Source: an uncultured Pseudomonadota bacterium (lineage in GTDB: Bacteria > Vulcanimicrobiota > Vulcanimicrobiia > Eremiobacterales > Eremiobacteraceae). From it: a DNA stretch of 64,000 bases. Made by a program: the position numbers and the translations under genes. The stretch is taken from contig CAVTNB010000001.1 of NCBI GenBank assembly GCA_963736005.1, positions 320,001-384,000 on the forward strand, given 5' to 3'. Below, piece by piece: positions 1 to 7,580 of the stretch; position 1 is the first letter of the stretch, and every line of letters begins with the position of its first letter. The notes below the pieces were generated by a model that made no database searches, was not told the DNA's origin, and saw nothing but the letters and a program-made list of their open reading frames with translations.

Positions 1-418
1 ACTCTTCGGGGACCTGAGTTTCGATGTGGACCAGCACGAAGTTGTCTGGATTCTCTTCGCGCATGTCAGAGATTATTCGCGCCGTGTGCCCGCCGTTGAG
101 GATACCCTGTGCTTCCTCGTCGATGAGAACTTCGTAAATTCCCTTGGAAGTCAACTGTACGCGCTCGGCGACGATGGTCTCACCGAGATTTTTCAGATGG
201 AAGGTGCGTGGGGTGCACTCTTCATTGAGCAACGATGCGCGAACTTTCTTGTCGATGTCGCGATTGAGGTTCTGCTTAGGCCTGCGCGCGTTAGCCTCAA
301 GCGGAAGTCCGTCGGGGAAATCTGAGACGTGCACCCACATGAAGTGATGCTCAATGCCTGTATCTACGGGGTCAGGGAGACGCCGTGCATAGTCTGACTT
401 GAATACAAAGGTTTGCAT
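1..418 (-). CDS. AIPR-like (abortive infection phage resistance, ParB-like fold) protein, 5' part; runs off the left edge
   Basis: Not in ORF track (no stop in window). Manual translation from ATG 418: MQTFVFKSDYARRLPDP...LEANARRP...TFHLKNLGETIVAERV...GILNGGHTARII; matches the AIPR pattern N-R...F..xNxGxTIV...I(V/L)NGG(Q/H)T. Confidence 0.7.
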   Translation of the reverse strand, partial: MQTFVFKSDYARRLPDPVDTGIEHHFMWVHVSDFPDGLPLEANARRPKQNLNRDIDKKVRASLLNEECTPRTFHLKNLGETIVAERVQLTSKGIYEVLIDEEAQGILNGGHTARIISDMREENPDNFVLVHIETQVPEE

Positions 419-488
419 GATTTGAGGTTCCGCATCTGGCCGAGTCCAGGACCGACGTTGCGGCACGAAGATTCGTGTCCGCTGAAGA

Positions 489-518
489 ATTATAACATAC
501 GGCAAGGCGCGCGTCCAA
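489..518 (-). promoter_or_regulatory. Sigma70-type promoter upstream of the AIPR-like gene
   Basis: Minus strand TTGGAC-N18-TATAAT with extended -10 (TGTTATAAT). Confidence 0.45.
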
Positions 519-629
519 TGCCGGATAGGATGATCTGGGACAATTTTTACGGGCTGGATACTCAATCTGTCCCACCTTTGCGGAGTACGCATCACGAGGT
601 CTGCTTTTGCTGCTCGCGTCTCAGCGCTA

Positions 630-1530
630 AGCCAGCGAGGTAGCGCCTCTTCCTGTTGGGCATCCACTAGATGCGCGTACATGTTCATAGTGATGGCGAT
701 GCTGCTATGGCTGAGGCGATCACTAACAACTTTGGGTGAATCTCTTGAGCAACATCATCGACGCACAGGCATGGCGCAAGTCGTGGAATCGCATCTTGAC
801 GCCAGCTTACGTGTGGCTCGATTGAACTTCCAGACAGAACAGATGGCGTCCAAAAGGATGATCCTGGCGAAAGCAGCACTTGTCGCCAGCTCATTGCGCG
901 CAATATGGGGCTCCGGCGAGGGGAATACAAGCGCGTTAAGCTGACTCCTTGCTTGCTCTCTGCGATGGACTTCGAGCGCCTCGCACGCTGTCACGTCGAG
1001 GGCAATAATCCGCGACTTCCCATTCTTCGGTCGTTTGATTATGAGTCTACCATCGTCCGTTTCACACAGACTTCGGAGATCGTTATTCGCCGTTTTTCCA
1101 GGTCAACGTTCGCTCAGCGTAAAGCTAAGAGTTCTCCTCGACGCATACCGGTTAGTGCAGCGATGAGCACGGGAATTATAGGTGGGTTTCTCGAATGGCG
1201 TGAAGGACTTTAGCGATTGTTGCCGCGTCAAGGGAAGTCGAAATTTGATGTTGCGTAGGTTTTGGTTTGCGAGCAGCAGCCGCGACGTTCCGAGACAGAA
1301 TCCCATCTGTCATCGCAAATCCTAGCATGGCATGGATCAAGGCGTGAACCTGACGGATGGTTGAAGCGGCAAGCCCGGATTTGCTCTTCTTTGTTGTCGC
1401 TACGAGCGTTCCGAAGCAGCGTGTAGAGGCTAGTCAGATGGGACGGCTTTAAGTCTTGAAGTCGGACACCACCAATATTGGGCTTGATCTGTTGACAGCG
1501 CGCCAAACTTGTTATACCGCTAAAGCGCTG
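630..1530 (-). pseudogene. int: Tyrosine recombinase/integrase pseudogene
   Basis: Fragments in different frames: IKPNIGGVRLQDLKPSHLTSLY (core-binding domain), TGMRRGELLALR* (catalytic Arg box; stop at 1114-1116), MRFHDLRHACAS (HDLRH at 771-785), frameshifted IHPK..SDRLSHSSIAITMNMYAHL (catalytic Tyr 677-679). Ends approximate. Confidence 0.85.
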
Positions 1531-1781
1531 GTTACGGCGACATCGGCATGGCGGTCCAAGTAATTGAGTGAAGATAGGTAGTAACCGAAACGTCACTGCG
1601 TTCTAATAGTTTGCCTTCGTATTTTGCTGCCAACATCTTTGGCGAGTTCGCGCTGCGGCTTCAGTCTTTGTTTTAACGGTCTTATATATTCGCCGGCGAG
1701 AGCCGTCCGGCTTGCGCCTGTCGCTTACGCACTATCTGCCAGGAACCATCCGGCCGCTGCCGCAATGCACCTGAACCGCTT

Positions 1782-2381
1782 CTATTTTCCTCGCTCTCTC
1801 GACGTAAGCATGACTCTATCTCCTATCTCTCCTGATAGCGTTTCTTTCGCATCGTGCGATGTGCTGCGTAGGAGACGCATAAGTGCGCAGAAGGTCCCAC
1901 TCCCTAGTCGACTCGTTGTAGCGCTACCGTCTGGATATGTATCGATCCAATGAGCGGGTTTTTCGAGAAAACTTAGATAGGCAGCGAGATCATCAAGAAT
2001 CTCGTCTTTCTTCGTAGTCCCGACACCGACCCAAGCATCGGGTTTAGCCCTCACGTGTTCCGCATATTTGACTGCGATGGCTCGTGCTTGACCGGCTTCA
2101 AGAAATGTCTTGCTATCTTCACCGAATAACCCGAATAGCGGCGCCCACTCAGCGCCGGCAAGCAAAAGCCGCACGGCCAATTCTCGCGCTGAATCCTTGG
2201 GCATCTGCCAACCTTTGGACTTAATACTACGCTCGATCCATCTCGCGTTTGTTTCCGGAAGGCCCCTGGGCTTCAGAAGGTCGGCTCTTCGCTTACCGGC
2301 CTCGCGCATCGCGTTCTCAAAGCCTTTTCTAAACGCGGCCGTCGCCTGTCGCGATAATCTCTCACTCTTTGGACGTGCCAT
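1782..2381 (-). CDS. Hypothetical protein, possible element repressor
   Basis: ORF (likely start MARPKS at 2381) divergent from the excisionase and upstream of int; basic helical N-terminus; role inferred from position only. Confidence 0.45.
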   Translation of the reverse strand: MARPKSERLSRQATAAFRKGFENAMREAGKRRADLLKPRGLPETNARWIERSIKSKGWQMPKDSARELAVRLLLAGAEWAPLFGLFGEDSKTFLEAGQARAIAVKYAEHVRAKPDAWVGVGTTKKDEILDDLAAYLSFLEKPAHWIDTYPDGSATTSRLGSGTFCALMRLLRSTSHDAKETLSGEIGDRVMLTSRERGK

Positions 2382-2491
2382 TACGTATGCTCCGACATAA
2401 ACCCACAAAAACTTCTGCATAAAGGCCAGCGGAATCCTTCGCCTACACTCGGAAAAGAAAGGCTGATATCACCTTATAGCGGAGGTAATTG

Positions 2492-2665
2492 ATGAAGGTT
2501 CTAACGGCGCGTGAAGCAGCGCAGGAGGCCCGGGTCCACTATGAGTCGCTCCTTGATGCGTGCAAGCGCGGGCAGGTGCCCCATATCCGGATAGGGGCTC
2601 GCGTGTTGATCCCAGCCGATTTCCTTGAGACTATGAAACGCCCTACACGAGCATCAAAGCGCTAA
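2492..2665 (+). CDS. Excisionase / HTH_17-type DNA-binding protein (57 aa)
   Basis: Below ORF-track cutoff; GGAGGT RBS; MKVLTAREAAQEARVHYESLLDACKRGQVPHIRIGARVLIP fits the Xis-type winged helix. Confidence 0.8.
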   Translation: MKVLTAREAAQEARVHYESLLDACKRGQVPHIRIGARVLIPADFLETMKRPTRASKR

Positions 2666-2893
2666 TGGCGGCGCCAATGGCGGCAAGTCTCAAGTTTCAT
2701 CTGGTCGCCGCCCACGAGTCAGGGGTTCAGAGTAAAAAAAGCACCGGACTGCGAGTCCGGCTGGGAAGAATCACCTTCCCGTGCGCTCGTTAGGCTAGTT
2801 GCGACTGTCTAAGCCCGAGGGTGACTGGCTTCCAAAGGGGACGCGCTTCCTGCGCTTGCCTGTGGAAGCGATATCGTTACCCTATCGGCGAAA

Positions 2894-3538
2894 ATGCGGG
2901 TATTGATGGCTCTGAGCCTTCATGCCGATCGGGTTGGGTGGTGTAACCCTACGCTGCCAACTCTGGCTAGTGCGGCTCAAATTGAGGTGAGGCATTGTCG
3001 GGAAGCGTTAATTGAGTTATCCGCCAAGGGTTGGGTAACCATCACCGGTTCAAAAGGCATACGGAATGAATACCAGTTACACATGCCACCCCGCACGACA
3101 GGCGTGCAGGGTGACCATGCACTAACCTCGCCAGCGGCCTGCACCGACAAGGCTGTTGACCTACCACGATCAGAGACCGAAGTATGCACGGCTGCCGTGC
3201 AGCAAACAAACCAAACAAATAATTTAAACAAACCAAACACCACAGTTGGAGCACCCTTATCAGCGGAGAATCAAGACCTTGTGCACGCCGTTATTAGTTC
3301 CGTGAGGGGCGCTGACTATGGCTTTGTATCGCGTCTAATCAACGCCGTCAGCCGGGACATGATTTGGCAGCAGTTGGGATATTGGGCGCATCGCCGAAAG
3401 GATCATATCCGAGATCACCCAGGCTTCTTCCGGACGATGTGCGTGATCAAGGCCGGTCCGCCAAGTGGTTCTGCTTCGCCTCGCACCCACTCGGGAACAA
3501 CTGGACTGCGACGCTTAGGCGACATCGTACGTCGTTAG
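2894..3538 (+). CDS. HTH-domain replication initiator-like protein
   Basis: N-terminal wHTH (CNPTLPTLASAAQIEVRHCREALIELSAKGWVT...RNEYQL), low-complexity linker, small C-terminal domain; typical phage/satellite Rep layout. Confidence 0.6.
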   Translation: MRVLMALSLHADRVGWCNPTLPTLASAAQIEVRHCREALIELSAKGWVTITGSKGIRNEYQLHMPPRTTGVQGDHALTSPAACTDKAVDLPRSETEVCTAAVQQTNQTNNLNKPNTTVGAPLSAENQDLVHAVISSVRGADYGFVSRLINAVSRDMIWQQLGYWAHRRKDHIRDHPGFFRTMCVIKAGPPSGSASPRTHSGTTGLRRLGDIVRR

Positions 3539-3745
3539 GGCTCAGCCGAGAATCGGACAAATCGGACACTATATAAAAGGGCATGAATGACGTTGTTAGC
3601 GAGCCAGGATAGAGCGGCCGATGAGCGGACACTCGTGGAGCGCTCAAAAATCCGACGTATCCGACACTATAAAAAAGACTCGTGGGCCGCCCTCAAGGCT
3701 CATCGGCGTGACCCACCGCGTCGCATGGTTCATCGTGCGCCCTGA

Positions 3746-4309
3746 TCATGGTTTAGTATCCAGTTGGAACCAATCCCGGCTGTCATTGTTGCGCCATATT
3801 TTAAGATGCTGCTCCCAACTGACTCCATCGTCTGAAGTGAAGTCTACGCGGTAGTCCCCTTCAAGTAGTTTACTGCCAGACGCAAAACCACCGGGAGAGC
3901 CTACGCTCCAACGCCCACGGGCATTTTTTTTGCCTTGCTTGTTCTCAACTTCGTAGTACCGCTCAGATGTTTTCTTGGACTTCCAGGGGCTAATAAACCA
4001 AGAACCACCGGAAGCCGTTTGTTCGCTAAAGCGGATCATCAGGTGGACATGATCCTCGCCTTCCGGCACATCGCCCATGACCGCGGCCAAATAAGCACGA
4101 CCGCGCGGCCAAACACGCCACGCAAGAACAAGACCACAAATTATAAGGGCTACCGCGATAAAAAGTCTCTCGACAGGAACTCCCGCTATTAGCAAACCGG
4201 CTGAACCAATAAATGCAGTTAGAACCGCAGACGCTCCAAACTTTCGCAATGATCGGGACCACCAGAACACCTGAAACATGACGATGGCGTCACTCTCGTG
4301 CTTCTGCAT
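3746..4309 (-). CDS. Hypothetical membrane protein (2 TM plus soluble domain), element cargo
   Basis: 187-aa ORF with two N-terminal hydrophobic segments. Confidence 0.5.
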   Translation of the reverse strand: MQKHESDAIVMFQVFWWSRSLRKFGASAVLTAFIGSAGLLIAGVPVERLFIAVALIICGLVLAWRVWPRGRAYLAAVMGDVPEGEDHVHLMIRFSEQTASGGSWFISPWKSKKTSERYYEVENKQGKKNARGRWSVGSPGGFASGSKLLEGDYRVDFTSDDGVSWEQHLKIWRNNDSRDWFQLDTKP

Positions 4310-4553
4310 GGAAGCAAATGCTTCGACAAGCGATAGAAATTATGCCGAAGCCAGAGCGCTGCTCACCGCCTGCGAGTTTGGCCCTTATAATGGCATTTGG
4401 CGCCGCCAACTTTGCCGCCACGTTTGCTCCTAACTTCGTCCTACCAAGCCGTAATGGAGCCGATAAAGACGCCAGACAATAGGCGCGCGCCCAGAACGGA
4501 TGGGATTTCTTCCGATGGGTTCCCACGAGCGCCGAGGCGAGGGTAGTTTTCTG

Positions 4554-4588
4554 AAGTCCGGCGCGTCTGCCAATTCCGCCACATGCCC
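4554..4588 (-). pseudogene. tRNA-Leu 5' half only (probable att-site fragment)
   Basis: GGGCATG-TG-GCGGAATTGGCAGACGC-G-CCGGA-CT-T, then non-tRNA sequence; no 3' anticodon strand, T-arm or acceptor 3' strand found in window. Confidence 0.8.
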
Positions 4589-4725
4589 ATGGTAAGATAT
4601 CGATCATCTTCGAAGTTAGATGCCTCAGCTCATGGCGGGTGGCCGCGGGTTTGAGGCTCGCTTCGAAGATGGGCGGTACTTTCTCGCTGTGTTTTGAGAA
4701 CACTAAGAACCAGCCCTGTGGTGGG

Positions 4726-5190
4726 CTAGCCGTTTGGTTGTTTCCGCACCTGAAGCAAGTTGCGCACCGAGCCGTCGGGTGACGTCAAGCGTGCGAGTAG
4801 ATCTGCCGAGTGCCACTCATCGTCGCTGTCGACCACTCCGTGAAGCAGTAGTGTATCGCCGACTGCATCGACCCAGATGGGGCGTTGCGAGAGAATGGGA
4901 TCTCCAGCAAGGGCATCGCGTAGTTTTTCAGTTGGAGGAAGCGTGATGGAAAGCGGTCCAGTGATTTGTCGAACGGCATCTGCGGCGAACTTCCCCGCGG
5001 CGCCTGCGGCCGTGGCAACGGCTCGCGCAGCTTTGCCTCCTTCGCGCGTTGCAATATCTTGAAGGGTTGAGATATTGTGAACTGCTCGACGGGTAAGCTC
5101 ACGCCGCGCAGGTTTGGGCGCAAGATAATATCCAGAAACAAGTCCGAGAGCTGCAGCGCCGATTAGACCCCAAGTGTGTCGTGACGTCAT
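4726..5190 (-). CDS. BON domain-containing protein
   Basis: N-terminal TM; C-terminal LRDALAGDPIL...IWVDAVGDTLLLHGVVDS...VRNLLQV BON pattern. Confidence 0.75.
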   Translation of the reverse strand: MTSRHTWGLIGAAALGLVSGYYLAPKPARRELTRRAVHNISTLQDIATREGGKAARAVATAAGAAGKFAADAVRQITGPLSITLPPTEKLRDALAGDPILSQRPIWVDAVGDTLLLHGVVDSDDEWHSADLLARLTSPDGSVRNLLQVRKQPNG

Positions 5191-5224
5191 GTGGAGCGCC
5201 GCCCTTCTATTTGGATGTACGCTG

Positions 5225-5296
5225 TGCGTCGTGAGGGACTTGAACCCACAACCAACGGATTAAGAGTCCGCTGCTCTACCATTGAGCTAACGACGC
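5225..5296 (-). tRNA. tRNA-Lys(CTT)
   Basis: Cloverleaf; anticodon arm GCGGA-CTCTTAA-TCCGT; T-loop TTCAAGT. Confidence 0.95.
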
Positions 5297-5339
5297 TTGC
5301 CCTATTTTTTACGGGCTTCTTCTCGCGCACACCTCCACG

Positions 5340-7463
5340 TCAGAGTTGGCTCTCGAAGAAGGTTAGCATTTGCGTCGTATCCGCGACCTGCTGATCGAAC
5401 GAATCCCCGATACCATGGCCTTGTCCGGATTTCTGCCACAAGAGGATTGGATAATCCGAGGACGAGGCGGCTTGCAGCATGGCGATCATCTTGCGCGATT
5501 CACGCGGCGCCACACGTGGGTCATTCTCGCCCGTTTTCATCAAAATGGCGGGATAGGCAACACCCTTCGTCACGTGATAGTAGGGTGAGTAGGCGTAGAC
5601 CCACGGGAATTGCTTGGGATCTCGCGGATCGCCGAACTCCGGAATGTTGAAGGCGCCGTTCGGGGTGAGCACCTCTCGAAACTCGCTGTAGAACCCCACA
5701 TCTGAGTCGACAGCGCGATAGAGACCAGGGTTTCTCGTGAGCGCGAGACCCATCAGATAACCACCGGCGCTCCCGCCCGTGATGCCGAGATGCTGCGCGT
5801 CGCCATATCCATTGTGGCCAAGCCATCCTGCGCATGCCGCCAGATCATCCGCGCGTTTGTAAACGGTTGCACGAACGGCAGCGGTGTGCCACGCTTCGCC
5901 GTACTCGCCGCCGCCTCGAATCATCGCCTGCGCGAACACGCCGCCGCGTTCCAGCCACGCGAGGAGCGGTCCGATAAAGAACGGCGACGAGACGATCCCA
6001 TACGAGCCGTACGCCGTCATAATCGTGGGAGTGACCGGACCCAACTGGGTGCTGCGCAGCGCCACGATCTCCAACGGAATCTTGGCTGTGCCATCAAGCG
6101 AGGGCACGAAGACCCGGCGTACGGTTACTTTGGAATAGTCGCCCGGAACCTTGTCTTCAATGCCGGTGGTGAGCAACCGATTGGTCGAGCGATCGTAGCG
6201 CAGCCATCGCCCGGGCGTGTCGTAGGCCGAATACCTGATGATGATGTCGCCGCCCGATGCGTCTGCCGCGACCCCGTCAAGCCTTGAAAGACCCGGCAGC
6301 GGCATTGTTGCCGTGCGCATTCCGTTCGTCGCGAAATATCGGGCGACGGAATCACCTCCATCGATCTCGCCCGTGATGAAGCCACCCGGGGCCGCGGCAA
6401 TGTCGTCAATGGCATTTGCTCCGGCGCGCACGATAACGGAACCCGTGGCAAATGTCTTGCCCGGGGGGATGCGCAAAATGTCTCCCGTTGAATGGTGCTT
6501 GGTCGAGACGACCAGGAGGTTGCCGTCGACGAAGGTGGCGCGCTGGCCTAACTCGCAGCAGTTAATTGCGTCGCTCGGATCGGCGACCTTCGTAAACGAT
6601 CCGTCGCCGTACCTGACGTACGCGCTTGCAAAAACGCCATCACCCGCGTCGACAAACAGCGCATCGCCGTTGCCGTTGGTTGCTTGTGCGACGTAGTATT
6701 CGACGTTGGCGGGTTGTCCATTTCCGAACGCGTATGTGTCGTTCGAAGGATCGGTGCCGAGCACGTGGTGATAGAGTTTGATGTTGAAGTGACGCGAATC
6801 TGGCGTGCCAGTGAGAGGAAAGCGCGTGTGGATGAAACCTCTGCCGTCCTTGTCCCAGATGACTGCGGTTGGCGTCGTACCGCCGCCGGCGTGTGGGATG
6901 ACATCGGGCAAGAGACGTCCGCTGGCTACGTCCAGGATCCGCAAGGTCTCTTCTTCTGCCCCAGCTTCTTGAGTTGTGAATGCGACTCGGGAGCCGTCCA
7001 GCGAGACAAATACAGACTCGATTGATGGTGCGGTCTGCCCCTTCGGCACAAAGGTATTCGGATTGAAAAGCACGCGCTCGGTGCCATGCAGACTATCACG
7101 GGTGACGAGTTCGTCTTGTGCCTCAGGTGGCGTCCCCCGAAAATAGATGTAGTGGCCGTTACGAATCGTCAAACCGTAACGATAGGTCCCGGTCTTCGAG
7201 AGGGCGCGGACGCGACTGCTGTACCAGCCGTACAATGGTTGCGATTCGAGGTACTGCTTGGCTATCGCAGTTTGCGCAGCTGCCCACGTGATGACTTTCG
7301 GAGAATGGTCATCTTCAAGCCAGCGATACGGGTCGACAACTTTCGTGCCAAAATAATTCTCGACGACAAGAGTGACCGGGGTCGCGGGATAGTGCAGCAC
7401 GTGAGGTGCAGCAGCAATCATTCCTATCGCGACAATCGGGGCGAGTATCCGCGTCAAGCGCAT
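5340..7463 (-). CDS. Secreted prolyl oligopeptidase (S9A)
   Basis: Signal peptide; DPYRWLED; IRGGGEYG; GGSAGG nucleophile; DPRV; GHG. Confidence 0.92.
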   Translation of the reverse strand: MRLTRILAPIVAIGMIAAAPHVLHYPATPVTLVVENYFGTKVVDPYRWLEDDHSPKVITWAAAQTAIAKQYLESQPLYGWYSSRVRALSKTGTYRYGLTIRNGHYIYFRGTPPEAQDELVTRDSLHGTERVLFNPNTFVPKGQTAPSIESVFVSLDGSRVAFTTQEAGAEEETLRILDVASGRLLPDVIPHAGGGTTPTAVIWDKDGRGFIHTRFPLTGTPDSRHFNIKLYHHVLGTDPSNDTYAFGNGQPANVEYYVAQATNGNGDALFVDAGDGVFASAYVRYGDGSFTKVADPSDAINCCELGQRATFVDGNLLVVSTKHHSTGDILRIPPGKTFATGSVIVRAGANAIDDIAAAPGGFITGEIDGGDSVARYFATNGMRTATMPLPGLSRLDGVAADASGGDIIIRYSAYDTPGRWLRYDRSTNRLLTTGIEDKVPGDYSKVTVRRVFVPSLDGTAKIPLEIVALRSTQLGPVTPTIMTAYGSYGIVSSPFFIGPLLAWLERGGVFAQAMIRGGGEYGEAWHTAAVRATVYKRADDLAACAGWLGHNGYGDAQHLGITGGSAGGYLMGLALTRNPGLYRAVDSDVGFYSEFREVLTPNGAFNIPEFGDPRDPKQFPWVYAYSPYYHVTKGVAYPAILMKTGENDPRVAPRESRKMIAMLQAASSSDYPILLWQKSGQGHGIGDSFDQQVADTTQMLTFFESQL

Positions 7464-7580
7464 GTTGCTCAGCTCCTTTTAAGGTGGCCGTTCTCGTTGC
7501 CGAGGATTTCGCACAAAGTGGCACTGGCTCTTTTCACTTGACAGGCTGCCGATATAGCTCTTTGGAATATAAAAAGGTCC

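Larger units (their letters stand above)
1..4553. mobile_element. Degenerate integrative element / phage-satellite-like island (left end outside window)
   Basis: int pseudogene, divergent putative repressor and excisionase, HTH Rep, arm-like repeats, defence-like cargo; right end abuts a tRNA-Leu 5' fragment. Confidence 0.75.

Noticed and set aside
3551..3677. CRISPR or mini-array
   Set aside because: Repeats are short, degenerate and irregularly spaced; no cas genes
4300..4553. Group I intron in tRNA-Leu, suggested by the break at U34
   Set aside because: No recognisable P/Q/R/S core elements and no downstream 3' exon in the window; arm-like repeats favour an att site
4547..4560. tRNA with TCA (Sec/opal suppressor) anticodon, reading CT-TCA-GA
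   Set aside because: The following bases do not pair with CCGGA and no T-arm follows; the D-arm is Leu-type
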